Below, in pieces: positions 1-11,670 of a DNA stretch of 64,000 nt. Source of the stretch: Oopsacas minuta (lineage: Eukaryota; Animalia; Porifera); NCBI GenBank assembly GCA_024704765.1, contig JAKMXF010000300.1, positions 62,001 through 126,000 on the forward strand. The letters run 5' to 3'. How positions within the stretch are numbered: position 1 is the stretch's first letter; every line of letters begins with the position of its first letter. The position numbers were made by a program, and so were the translations under genes. Below the pieces are notes generated by a model, which ran no database searches, was not told the origin of the DNA, and worked only from the letters and a program-made list of their open reading frames with translations.

Positions 1-3000
1 GTTTTGAACAAATTCATTTGCCCTCTCTTGAATCTCAAGTTTATTGATACAGTGAAGATTAGAAAAATAAATTCTTATCTGGATGCTATTGCCATTTCCC
101 AAATCCGTTCTCCAAAAATAATTATTAGTTGTATCTCTCACTCGAAGGACATTACTGCTTCAGTAACTAGCAAAGAAGTTGACAAATTACTTCAAATTAT
201 AAATCAAGTTGATGTGAATTCACTTACCCAAGATGAAATTACTGTGCTGACTTGTCTCAAAGTCTTTCAGACTCAATCAGGAGAGTATTGTTCTTTGTCT
301 GATTGCGATCAATGCTTCATAAATAACTTCAACTTAGATTTAGGTACTGTACTACTACAAACACTTTTACAAAAGTATAGATTAGTCATTTTCTCTTCAA
401 ATAATTCAAGCTTAATTCAATCTTTGGGTAGAAGAGCTAAGATACAAATTTTAGACGTGTCTCACTTGCTCTCAGGGATGATATTCCCTCATCTCGCTGA
501 AATACCGGTTGAGGAACAGAAGAAAATTATTATTTTCATATCACATAATCTAGATGGCCGAATGAACTTATCAAACTTAATTAGAACTTTGGCTAAAATT
601 GCTTTTGTGTTAAGCGATGACGGGCGAAAATTTAGATTCAATCAGTTCTATTCTCCCGAAATGACATTCTTTACAAAATTCCATTCTCACACTACTCTAC
701 CTTTGTTATGGAGAGATGGTGGCATTAGACATCTCATTATAAAGCTGGGACTACGGACTGAAATTTCACTTCAAGATATACATGACGTAATACTAATGTT
801 TTCTCAAAAAATATTCCCAAGTTCAGATCTACCTGAACTATTTGATGCATTTCGACCTATCCTACAAGCTAACAAAGAATTAGACTTGACAACTCTTCAC
901 AATATTGCTAATATTCAATTTCTCCCTGTCTGGAGAATAGAATGTATTACAGCAGCTAATGAAAAAACATATTCTGAAAATTTAGTTAGATTCTGTGATG
1001 CTCAGCTAAGACAGTTTCAAAACTGTTGTTGTACAACAGCCTGGATCCACAAATTCGACTTTAATTTCCCAACAGAATACTACCAACATCTTCGCATTGG
1101 AGAATATCCAGATCCTGCTACAGTGAGGGATCATTTAATCAAAATCACCAATCAAATAATACAGGTCTATTCTCTTTTAAATATACCAACTTGTTATGAA
1201 AAATATTTCCGGAAATCTTACGAGCTTCTAGAAATGAAGTTTCCAGCTGAAATATCTTATGAAGGACTTTTCAATTTACCTTGCATTCTATGGGACAATA
1301 AACTGTACTACCCAATCAATATGTTAATTAGTTCAAATGAGATTCTATCTCCGTTTGTCATACAACTGCCTGCAAAACTCGCAGGAGACTATTTGAATTT
1401 TTTCAAACGAATCAAGGTCAGTGAGAGAGCTACATACAAACATTTTGCGCTTGTTCTATTAGAAATATCAGAGCACTTACGTTTATCCGATATTGAATTG
1501 AGTGAGAGTGATTTCTTACAACAATCTGAAAAAGTTTTCAACAGCTTCATATCTGCATTAAGAGAATTACAGATAAATCAAATATCTTTTTGCCTTGACT
1601 TGAATCAAACCATGCTTTTAACAAGAGACAGTAAGCTTGTTTCGAGCATCAACGTGGTATTTGCAGACAATCTTTCCCTACTTTCAAGGGTGATAAAACT
1701 AGATATAAATATAAATATTTTGAAACCATTAGAGCCTGATGAAAATAAATCATGTGTACCTCCAAGTTGTCTTAATTTGAACAATCTAACTGAACTTGTG
1801 TCTGAACAAATACATCCTAATGTATTGAATAATAATACAATTTCTCTAGGAACTTATTCTTCTCAACAACTACAAAAGACTTTGAAATGTCAGGTTGTAT
1901 TTCGTTCAATGCGTAGATTATACTTCCATTTGACGAAGAAAGATTTAGAAAAATTGTTGCTATTGAATGGAGAAACTTGTTTCAATGATGATGGCCTCTC
2001 CCATCCTGGTTTCCAGTCTATCTCATTTATTCTAAATAGTTTAATAGTAGTGTCTGTGACACAAATCGATACTATCATTAATGACAACCGTCAAAATCCT
2101 CCTGTACAATACCCTCTGGATAACTCATGTAGCTGTTACATTAATAAATCTAATAATCAATTTCTACTATCAAATCATAACTCTAAATCAAAATGTATGC
2201 AAAAAGACATAGCTTATTCTATCAATACTCATCTTGGTGGTATTTTTACAGATGTACTTTCATATTTTGAGCTCTGCTTCATGTTGGATCCTTATGATAT
2301 AATGGACAAGTTAGATGAATATAATATCAGTAGAGACCCTTGGGCAATACCCCCACCACCTCCTCCACCTGTTCCCATACCATCAGGTACAGTTTATAGC
2401 ACGCCTAGTTCTCATTATGTAGCTTCTACACCCTCTTACTCTTACTCCTATTCAGCCCCTAGGTACAGACCCAAACCGCGAGGGATTTCAATCGGGAAGC
2501 CTGATCTTCCTGCTGCTAGACTATGGCTTTTGATAGCACAATGTGATATTATGGCTGCAAAGAAACTAATTAGACAAACACCACCAGATAATGTTAATGC
2601 ATTTCCCTCACATGCTTGTTTCTTCTGTTTTGAAGCTGTAATAAAGATATTCACAGCTCTGTTACACTACAAGGGATCCAAAGATAGACTTAATTCTGAG
2701 CGAAATTTAAGATTTCATATTGATCATATTCCTTACCTTATACCAGGACAACCTCAAATGTATACGACAATTGAAGAGTTGACAATTCCTCTAATGAACT
2801 ATGATATAGACACTCGCATTCCTAGTGCTACAATTGGTTGCTATATTCCTCAGCAGACAATTACATTAGAACAAGCTATAGAGGCTATACAGAATGCTGA
2901 AGAAATTATTAATCTTATAACAAACGAGTTACCTGTTATGAAAGAAATGATGCTTGATCAGAACGATCCTATTTTCCGGTGTCTGACCTCTAATCAGCCT

Positions 3001-3087
3001 CATCTAATTACCGAAGTCCTCAATTGTAAGTTATTACAGTCAACTCTCTTCATATCGAATACACTCTGTAATAAAATGTTTAGCTAA
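1..3087 (+). CDS. Sacsin-like protein, 3' part (open at window edge), with C-terminal HEPN domain; possibly spliced at 3025 onto the downstream PARP exon
   Basis: Reading frame is open from position 1. The body has sacsin-like motifs (LLTRDSKLVSSINVVFAD). The C-terminus ARLWLLIAQCDIMAAK...ACFFCFEAVIKIFTAL...YDIDTRIP...AIEAIQNAEEII aligns with the sacsin-type HEPN helices. A Pro/Ser/Tyr linker precedes the HEPN. Confidence 0.85.
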   Translation, partial: VLNKFICPLLNLKFIDTVKIRKINSYLDAIAISQIRSPKIIISCISHSKDITASVTSKEVDKLLQIINQVDVNSLTQDEITVLTCLKVFQTQSGEYCSLSDCDQCFINNFNLDLGTVLLQTLLQKYRLVIFSSNNSSLIQSLGRRAKIQILDVSHLLSGMIFPHLAEIPVEEQKKIIIFISHNLDGRMNLSNLIRTLAKIAFVLSDDGRKFRFNQFYSPEMTFFTKFHSHTTLPLLWRDGGIRHLIIKLGLRTEISLQDIHDVILMFSQKIFPSSDLPELFDAFRPILQANKELDLTTLHNIANIQFLPVWRIECITAANEKTYSENLVRFCDAQLRQFQNCCCTTAWIHKFDFNFPTEYYQHLRIGEYPDPATVRDHLIKITNQIIQVYSLLNIPTCYEKYFRKSYELLEMKFPAEISYEGLFNLPCILWDNKLYYPINMLISSNEILSPFVIQLPAKLAGDYLNFFKRIKVSERATYKHFALVLLEISEHLRLSDIELSESDFLQQSEKVFNSFISALRELQINQISFCLDLNQTMLLTRDSKLVSSINVVFADNLSLLSRVIKLDININILKPLEPDENKSCVPPSCLNLNNLTELVSEQIHPNVLNNNTISLGTYSSQQLQKTLKCQVVFRSMRRLYFHLTKKDLEKLLLLNGETCFNDDGLSHPGFQSISFILNSLIVVSVTQIDTIINDNRQNPPVQYPLDNSCSCYINKSNNQFLLSNHNSKSKCMQKDIAYSINTHLGGIFTDVLSYFELCFMLDPYDIMDKLDEYNISRDPWAIPPPPPPPVPIPSGTVYSTPSSHYVASTPSYSYSYSAPRYRPKPRGISIGKPDLPAARLWLLIAQCDIMAAKKLIRQTPPDNVNAFPSHACFFCFEAVIKIFTALLHYKGSKDRLNSERNLRFHIDHIPYLIPGQPQMYTTIEELTIPLMNYDIDTRIPSATIGCYIPQQTITLEQAIEAIQNAEEIINLITNELPVMKEMMLDQNDPIFRCLTSNQPHLITEVLNCKLLQSTLFISNTLCNKMFS

Positions 3088-3455
3088 AATGGTAAAATAC
3101 CATCACTGATTTATTTATCTAATTTAACGTGGAGCATTTGGCTTCGGTGTAACGAGAATTGACTGCGTGTATTGTATAATTGATAGAATGGTAAGTTGCT
3201 CTGGTATTCAGAATCAGGCTTTTTGTCTAATTACGTACACTAAACGATATGAAGTTTTACATTTATTTTGCAAATTATAAAGAGATTAAAATCGTAGAAA
3301 CGTTTCTTTTGTTCAAAGTGTCTTTACCAAGACACTTTGACACATGTTATTTTTCAATATTCGTACATTTGGTGATAATTACTAAGTAAATTGACTTTCA
3401 TCTTTTTTTTTGTATGTATATTGGCAATTCTAAATTTAATTCTTAACTCCAATAG

Positions 3456-4030
3456 TTGACGTGGGAACATTAATGTGTCAGGTTTTGCTCAATCCAGAAG
3501 ATGAAGAGTTTAAAAATATTTCTCGCTGTTTCCATAACTCAATGCCTTACAGTGAGGTTATATTTATCAAGAAAATCTTCAATCCAACCAGCTGGGAAGC
3601 ATTTAAAGCAAACTTTATCCGTGAAACTAATAAAAACCCAGACAGCTGTATCTCCATTCGTACTCTCTTCCACGGATCAAGCGACACAAACCCTGAACTC
3701 ATAATTAACGATCCAGAAGGTTTTAATATGCAGTATGCACAAAGAGGTCTTTGGGGTTGTGGCATTTACTTTGCAACAAACTGTTCTTATTCGCATACGT
3801 ATCGTTATGATTTGGGAGATGGTTTGTGTAGCGTGTTTGTAGCAACAGTATTCATTGGCTATGCAAAAGAGATGACTAGAGATAGGAATATTACATGTCC
3901 ACCCATACGCCCCAATAGCTCAGAGAGGTATCATAGTGTACAGGGGAGATTGGGAGGTGAGGTCATCCATATTGTCTATAAAAACTGTATGGCTTACCCA
4001 TCATATATTATTACATATAGGAAAAATTAG
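3456..4030 (+). CDS. PARP-type ADP-ribosyltransferase catalytic domain, H-Y-I (mono-ART) type; either the terminal exon of the sacsin-like gene or a stand-alone ORF from ATG 3473
   Basis: Motifs LFHGS, GCGIYFA, VFVATVFIG, YHSVQG and IHIVYKNCMAYPSYIITY. The catalytic-Glu position is Ile. An acceptor-like CTTAACTCCAATAG ends at 3455. Confidence 0.85.
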
Positions 4031-4124
4031 TGTGAATATTTTATGTATATCTTAGCCTTGAAAAGGATTATCTTTTGTAGTTTAGTTTGTGAAATATTTA
4101 ATGTGGTTGTATATTTATTACGTA

Positions 4125-4222
4125 TTAAGCCCACCATACACAGCGTAACATTGTACATAGTCCTCAAAATTCCAAAAACCAATTTCATTGAACAATGTTG
4201 CATCGTGTATGGTGGGTTTTAA
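4125..4222. mobile_element. Small MITE-like element with ~30-bp imperfect terminal inverted repeats (AAGCCCACCATACAC family; PIF/Harbinger-like termini, tentative)
   Basis: Left arm ttaagcccaccatacacagcgtaacattgt. Reverse complement of the right arm is ttaaaacccaccatacacgatgcaacattgt. Related ends occur at 16866-16916 and 23090-23114. Confidence 0.65.
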
Positions 4223-4464
4223 GCTAATTATTGCATTATATATTCACATCAATAATACCAGAATAACCAACTTTGATCTTTGGCTGTGTCCTGACATGAA
4301 GCTCACATATCGAGCCGTCGAGATTTACTAAACAGCATAATTATTGTGCTTACCCAAGTAACCAAAGCTATTTATTTGTTTGGTTCTGTTTCTGATTAAC
4401 CGGTGGCCTAAGCTCAAACCAATATCCCTATTAAACGGTTGATTGTATATTTTGCTATACGTAG

Positions 4465-6105
4465 ATGGCTAAATTACATGATACACAAGAGTATACAGAT
4501 TTAGACAATCCATTTGGAGATGATAATCTCACTACTCCGTTTGTGTGGGCGAAGAAGAGAGAAGCGACTGAAAAGAAGATCAACAAACGACTGTCTAAAC
4601 GTGAACACACTCATCGCGACACTGAGAGTCAGAGACTGAATAGAGAAGAACTGTTACGTGTCAAAAAGCGCAGAAAAGAACGCGAAATTGAACTAAAAGA
4701 GAGAGAAGAGGATAGGAACAGAGAACAACGTAAGAAAGAAACGGAACATTTTAGAATTTGGGAGAAACAAGAAGATGAGTTTCACTTGAATCAGGTCAAA
4801 ACACGTTCAGATATACGCCTAAGTTCCAACAGAGCTAAACCAATAGACAAACTAGCTAACTACATTAATCTGTCATCATCTGATAATGTTAATGAATTAC
4901 AGATAGAAGATCCATGTAAAATATTGTGTGGGGTGTGTGTAGGGGATCTTGAAGATTTGATAGAAGATATTAAAGTTTATGTCAGAATGGAGGAAGGTAC
5001 GAATCTACATTTTTGGCAGGATATATCTATAATAGCAGAGGAAGAAGTGACGTCACTGAAACGATTAGAGAATAACTCGAACAGTAGAGCTGTAATAAAC
5101 GCTCAATTGTCACCAGAAGTTGCTAGCTTGTTTAAAGATAAATCTCATTCTGAATTAGCTTCTTTGTACGTACAGATTGAATCTAGTCTAAACAAACAGG
5201 AATTGGATGGGAGAGCTTATTGGGAAACAGTGTTAAGACAACTCAGATCTCATATGGCGAGATTAAGACTGAAGGAAAGACACCAGGAAATGTTGAACAG
5301 AAAATTAATTTCATTGAAAGCAGAAAATTCTGTGAATAAGACTGAGTCAGAATTATCATGTGATAAGGACGTGAGTAAAACAACAAGGGATATTACAGTA
5401 CATACTTCTAGTAATGCAATGTCTGAACAATGTACTGATATTTCTGGTATTAGCAATGAAGATTCTAGTTTCTACTTATACGAACAGGGTCGTTATTCTC
5501 CTAACCTTCTCTCTCTATCTGAAGTATCTGATGAACAGGTTATCAGTAGTACACAAGCAGATACAGGATTGTTAATTGCTCAGTCACGTGTCATGCGTGG
5601 AGAGCTAGCTGATGATAAGTTATGTAGCTCCGAATCAGATGAGAAAATGGTCAGTCGAGCTGAACAGAGCGATTTCACAGAAGGAGAAGACTTCACGACT
5701 GAAGTACGAATTGAACAACAATATCTTTGGATGGATAAGTATAAACCTAGAAAACCACGTTACTTCAATAGAGTACACACTGGGTTTGAATGGAATAAAT
5801 ATAATCAAACTCATTATGATCATGATAATCCACCTCCTAAGATTGTACAAGGCTACAAGTTCAATATATTCTACCCTGATTTAATTAATAAGACTAAAAC
5901 ACCGGAATATTTCCTCGAACCTTGTAAAGACAGTAAAGAATTTGTCATTCTACGTTTCCGTGCAGGTCCACCTTATGAAGATATAGCTTTCAAGGTTGTG
6001 AACAGAGAATGGGAGTATTCGTATAAACACGGGTTCAGGTCTCAGTTTAATTGTAACATATTCCAACTTTGGTTTCACTACAAAAGGAACAGATATAGAA
6101 AATGA
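4465..6105 (+). CDS. CACTIN: Cactin (spliceosome C complex subunit)
   Basis: DNPFGDDNLTTPFVWAKK, the coiled-coil mid domain, and the C-terminal KPRKPRYFNRVHTGFEWNKYNQTHYDHDNPPPKIVQGYKFNIFYPDL...AGPPYEDIAF signature. Confidence 0.97.
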   Translation: MAKLHDTQEYTDLDNPFGDDNLTTPFVWAKKREATEKKINKRLSKREHTHRDTESQRLNREELLRVKKRRKEREIELKEREEDRNREQRKKETEHFRIWEKQEDEFHLNQVKTRSDIRLSSNRAKPIDKLANYINLSSSDNVNELQIEDPCKILCGVCVGDLEDLIEDIKVYVRMEEGTNLHFWQDISIIAEEEVTSLKRLENNSNSRAVINAQLSPEVASLFKDKSHSELASLYVQIESSLNKQELDGRAYWETVLRQLRSHMARLRLKERHQEMLNRKLISLKAENSVNKTESELSCDKDVSKTTRDITVHTSSNAMSEQCTDISGISNEDSSFYLYEQGRYSPNLLSLSEVSDEQVISSTQADTGLLIAQSRVMRGELADDKLCSSESDEKMVSRAEQSDFTEGEDFTTEVRIEQQYLWMDKYKPRKPRYFNRVHTGFEWNKYNQTHYDHDNPPPKIVQGYKFNIFYPDLINKTKTPEYFLEPCKDSKEFVILRFRAGPPYEDIAFKVVNREWEYSYKHGFRSQFNCNIFQLWFHYKRNRYRK

Positions 6106-6434
6106 TACTACATTCTTAGAGCAATTTCTTGTCTCTGAATTAATGTCTTTATTTGGAATTAATATTAATATTTAAAACTTACTATTACTTCCTTTATTCT
6201 GATGCTTTTTAGGATATTTTAATTAATTTACACAACTAAACCGAAAACCAATGTTGCAAGGAAAATATGGTTTAATAATATGTCTTTCATATGATTAGAC
6301 ATAGATTTTTAATTATTTAATGTCCATTAAGCAACGAATCATTTATTTCTGAAAATTCTTTGTAATAGTTAATTATGATTATCCCTATTCACTGTCAATA
6401 TATATACATACACATAGTTACGTAATATGAGAGT

Positions 6435-7568
6435 ATGCAATTAGCAAACCAATTGATTAATTCGGCTATTCCCAATCCATTAACCCATATATCAGCTGAT
6501 TACGAGAGTGGACATATATTCAACAATTATCTACGTGGTTGTAAATGGTCTCCAGACGGTACTTGCCTACTCACATCAAGTAATGACAAGTGTATGCGTA
6601 TTTTCGAGCTAGATTTAATCCTTGATTCGAGTTTTGATTCTACCTCCTCTTCAGCTGCTCTGGTGCTGTATGAGCCGGAGATAGTATATGATTATGCATG
6701 GTACCCTGCTATGTGTTCTGAAGCTCCATTGACTTGTTGCTTGGTTACAACGTCTAGAGACTGTCCAGTTCATCTATGGGATGCTTACACAGGGTCTGTT
6801 AGGTGTTCTTACCTACCTTATGATCATGTACAGGAATTACATGCTCCATACTCTGTGTGTTTCTCTGCTGATGGTGATTATATTATTTGTGGTATGAAGC
6901 ATTACCTTAAAGTATTCCACACAGCTATCCCTGGTTCATATTCTACTAATATTCAACTGGTTTTGGGTAAGAAACATATTCCTAACAATATTGTTTCCAC
7001 AGTCACCACACGTGGAAGCGCTATTTTGTTCGGCTCATTTGGGGGGAATGTAGGTTTGGTTGGGGAGACAGGAAAAATAGAGTTACTGCTAGAAGCACAT
7101 ACACAAGGAGTTACACATATTGATGTAACAGCTGATGGAAATTATGTTGTAGCTGGAGGGAGAAAGAATAACAATATTTTTATTTGGGATCTGCGAAATA
7201 CAACACAGTTTGTAGCTAAATTGAATAGAATATCACTAACAAGTCAAAAGATATATTTCGATATTGACAAATCTAATTCTATAGTGTCTGGGAACCAGGA
7301 TGGTAATATTAGTGTTTGGAGCGAATATACGTGGAAATCTCATAGGGAAAATTTGAATGGAATTTCTCCGGATTCTCAAATACTTGCGCATAAAGATTCT
7401 GTGAATGGAATAAGTGTGCATCCGAGTAGAGGCTTGATAGCTAGTGCTTCTGGTGAGAGGAAATTTTGGGTTGATTTTGACTTGGAGTATGGAGAAGATG
7501 AAGAAATGTCAACTGTTTCTTCAGAGAATTGTATTAAAATTTGGAATAATTTCAATAGATTTATATGA
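6435..7568 (+). CDS. WRAP53: Telomerase Cajal body protein 1 (WD40 repeat)
   Basis: YLRGCKWSPDGTCLLTSS, IVYDYAWYP, SRDCPVHLWDAYTG and AHKDSVNGISVHP...IASASGER match WRAP53/TCAB1. Confidence 0.92.
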   Translation: MQLANQLINSAIPNPLTHISADYESGHIFNNYLRGCKWSPDGTCLLTSSNDKCMRIFELDLILDSSFDSTSSSAALVLYEPEIVYDYAWYPAMCSEAPLTCCLVTTSRDCPVHLWDAYTGSVRCSYLPYDHVQELHAPYSVCFSADGDYIICGMKHYLKVFHTAIPGSYSTNIQLVLGKKHIPNNIVSTVTTRGSAILFGSFGGNVGLVGETGKIELLLEAHTQGVTHIDVTADGNYVVAGGRKNNNIFIWDLRNTTQFVAKLNRISLTSQKIYFDIDKSNSIVSGNQDGNISVWSEYTWKSHRENLNGISPDSQILAHKDSVNGISVHPSRGLIASASGERKFWVDFDLEYGEDEEMSTVSSENCIKIWNNFNRFI

Positions 7569-8364
7569 CGTAATATATTGGCAACAACACATTCTAATGA
7601 AGTAAAACATAATTTTACGTTGTAATTTTGAATAATATAGTTGCAGTTTCATATTTTATTGCTCCATTACATGAAGTTACTACCTACGTATCTTTGTTCA
7701 ATTTTGAAACCATTCTTTTTGGGTTGGAGTTTCTTGTCGTTTCGGTTTGTGTGTTGACCTGTAGCATTATTGCTTCGAGAACGTGATAGCATTAAACATT
7801 TTGCAATGGAGTATGTTATTCTGTGGAGGTATAGCTTGACATTGGCATTTTTAGTATTTCTATTAGGATGTTGTACTTAATATTAGCAGAAGCACTTTTT
7901 GTAAAACACTAAATTATTTACAGAATTTTATTGTCCTTGTTGAACTTTGACAAAATGATATATTGCATATAACTTTATGACAATTGTTACTCAACAATAT
8001 TTTAAGAATATTTCATAAGATACAATTGTACAATATTGCTAACTACACTCGTACTATATTTATATTTAATGGGAGAATGTTTTCATCTTTCGATCTTTCC
8101 CGAATTGAAACCTATCATCTTTGTTCTAATTTAGAAAATAAGAAATATCAGTTTTGTTTCAATCGTGTATTATTCTACATAATTTGTTCTCATTTATGTA
8201 GTTGATTTGAAATAAATTCACAAATTGCTAATTTCCTGTTTAGCCTGAGAAATGTGCACACATTACCACATTCTAAATATATGGGAACATTTATCTGTTA
8301 CTATTTACTCTGTTAGTACTGTAGTAAGCATGTTAATAACCTACGTACAAGTACCTAAGTCTTA

Positions 8365-8403
8365 TCGAATACTTGAACTGATAATTCGAATACTTGAACT
8401 GAT
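8365..8403 (+). repeat. 18-bp direct repeat (TCGAATACTTGAACTGAT x2, period 21)
   Basis: Exact copies at 8365-8382 and 8386-8403. Confidence 0.8.
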
Positions 8404-11400
8404 TACTTGAGCACATTATCTGACTAAGTAAGAATCTTAGAATGATAGAATAGAGTGTATAAGCCCTCCATTGCGATATCATACATTTGAATAATTATTA
8501 CGTTTGGTGAGCACATTCACTTTTCGTATAAATGTGAATTCCAATATTAATTATACAAACATATGCCTTATTCAGGGAATTAATGTCCCATGGAATAACC
8601 CCGAAGAAATTTGACTCACTAACATTAACAGGAAATGGGGCAGAGCATTTTTGAATACACAAAATTAACGCGATTATTATTCGAATAATTCAATTTTTCC
8701 AAAACCTTCCCAAAATGCTAGGCTTCCAATCTACTATATGGTATCCTCTCAATTCAGTTGTACATCGGGAATAGCTTGAAGTTCTGAATATCAATCGGGT
8801 GACTATGTAGGAAATAAAACCGCGAAATAAAAAGTGGTCGAATACTTCATGGAAATAAACGCGAAATGTTAAATTTCGTTAATTTGTAATTAAGTAATGA
8901 ATTGGGAACAGAAGTGCAGAAATTAGTGTTTCAAGTCTTTGCTCCAGCTAATATTTTAAGAATATGTCTACCACTGCAAATTCATTGCACATTTATGAGT
9001 ATTTAATTGATCTTAACAGACGGTAAATTCACATAATTGAATCTTATTGTCAGCTACTGAACCAATCAAGTATTAATTATTATATAAAACTGTCCACATT
9101 CTCTAGATTTTATAACTCTACACTCAATTATGGCGAAATATTTCATAATAACTATATTCATTCGCTTATTACTAATACAATACTACAATAGTGTATTTAT
9201 GAAATTATAATTGTCTGTATAAAACTGATCATATGCTCGACCACTTGGTAGACTCATTAATCTTAACTTCACTTCCTGATGACAGCGCTGATATAACACC
9301 CACTTCAATTCTCGATACAGCAAATCATAGCACGAAAATTTGTTGTAATATTATTTATGTGAATAATAATTATCTTGCGTTTTTTCTGATAAATATTCAA
9401 AACAAATCGAGAGTGTACGCTTTATCATGCTAAACTCACTGAATGTCTATTATTTCATATCATTTAGATTTTTTATGATTATGCATCCACAAGGATATGC
9501 GAATTTTTATTTCAGGAAAATTAGTAAGATTGGTAAAATGGTTTATCAATTTTTCCTGAATCGATATTTTCTTCTTTTTTGGGATTGTTTTTGCTTAATC
9601 CTTCGAAAAATATGATAGTTTAATTTTTAATAATCGCGATATTCTGCAGAGATTCGACAAGTAACACTAGTCTCTTTATTCAATTCGTTTTCAAATGTTT
9701 CCAGGATTCCCGCTGAGTTTTGTGATAATAATGTTAACTGTAATTACAAGATTATGTAGAACTGGGCTGAAACATTTCCCAAATTAATATACTTCTCGTT
9801 ACGTAGGATTATTTTGATATATTCACTGTTCAACTACCTGAGATGTTATTGTAACCTAGCTACAGTTGAGCATTACTTTGATTTACCAGAACTCCTTTGA
9901 ATGGTTGTGTTCATGTGATGTGAGCCTTTGAATTATGAAGCAATTTCTTATCATCCTAACTGTAATGTATAATATTTGTTTTAGTAGAAATTGCTAATGT
10001 ATATTGATATTATGTTTAAAACACGCCTATTAGACTAATACAAAGAGATTCTTGCTAATCCTGAACACACAAATCATTGAGTTATACTCACTCTAGAGCA
10101 GATTGTGCGTAGATATATACAACAGTATATGACACTTATGATGAGTTAATATAATAGAAAGGAAGTTAGCTGATAGAATGTCATAACTACATTATTAACA
10201 ATAATGATGTGGTTATGACATGTCTTTGAACTATTGGTAGATTTGATTAAATTTGCGGATAATTACTACAAATTGCTTATATCTAGAAAGCTACAACTCT
10301 GCTTTGTTCTAATTGTGATCCAAATACACAATTATTGCAGAAAATCATTTTCATTAAAGTTTTCCTACATTGATCTTTATTGATTTATGATTTGCTTAGA
10401 ACAAATTTCTGAGACTCTTTATAACTAGAAATATCATCTTTATCTATTAATTTAATTTGAAGATGAAAACAAAAAGTATTTGAGAATTGATTACTTTTGT
10501 TCTTTTGAGAAATTTGTAGGAAAAGAAGAATCAGGAATAATATGTACAAACTTTGAAGACAACTAAATTTCACATTATTAAGATTTCAGTTTTTCCGGAT
10601 TTGTTTTGTCGTAGGAGTTTTAAGAGAACCTTTTGGGTTTTGAATTGATGTGAGTTATTTGGAAATTACATAATAGAGAATGTCATGGTGCATATTACCA
10701 GTATTTAATTCAAATTAATACACAATTATTTCTATAATAACACTAAATTTATTCTTGTTAAACTGTATTACTTCTTTAGAATTTAGTTACTGAAATATCT
10801 TCTGTTTCCCCCTTGGTTAGAGTAGACTAAATTCGTTGTATTACGTTTGGGGTTTATTTGTACTATTGTTAATGTATAATGCTTGCAATTGCCATTACAA
10901 GAAAGTAATTAAATCCAAATAATATAATAATTGAAAATATGTTGTAACTAATGATAAACTCTATCATACTTATGTTGATAACATATATCTCTAAACCATT
11001 ATATAAACTGTATTTCCTTCCAAGCAATGTGTTCACAAATATGAATTATCACACTTTCCTTTATGGATATTTTATAGTATAAATGACTTCAGTATTCTCA
11101 AGTAATACTGCTAATAGAACTGAACTCCCCGGATATATGAAGTAAACTCGTATATTCATTAAAGACTGCCCTTTGGTTACACATAGTGCATGTGTGATAT
11201 ATATGTATATTTAATCAAATCTCCAAATATTGATAAAAATTATCCCTACAAAATTACTATAAGGATGTCAACCGGAGTGCCGCATACGCCTCTAATGCAG
11301 CATTACAAGTAAATCTATAATTCTTATTATTATTCTTGTTACCTGCTAAAGTAATACTATTCAAGAATTTTATAATATCCTATTGGTAATATATTTCATA

Positions 11401-11670
11401 TTAGGACATTTCTAATACTTATAGTATTTTGATTACCCTGGTTACCAAATACATCATTTGAATGTATCAGGAATGAGCAGATTACAAACTCAGTAAATTC
11501 TAATTTTCACCGGAAATACAAATAGACTATTACGCGATACATAAATGTAAACTGTCTATGTGTTTTTATAGCATACGTTTTACAAGAAACACCTGTTATA
11601 TAAATATGATATATATTATTAAATTTCAACCTTCAGCTGTTGTGTTTTCCAAATCGTAATATTTAAGTGA

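Noticed and set aside
2700-2725. RNLRFH in the HEPN domain as a catalytic RNase RxxxxH motif
   Set aside because: Literal match, but it aligns to the H-D/N-L loop of sacsin-type HEPNs rather than the canonical catalytic position near TRIP/RYP; RNase activity is not claimed.
3188-3196. ATG|GTAAGT as first exon of a stand-alone PARP gene
   Set aside because: A phase-0 donor joined to the 3455 acceptor is out of frame and yields only a 6-codon uORF; the 3026 donor is the in-frame one. It cannot be excluded as a minor alternative.
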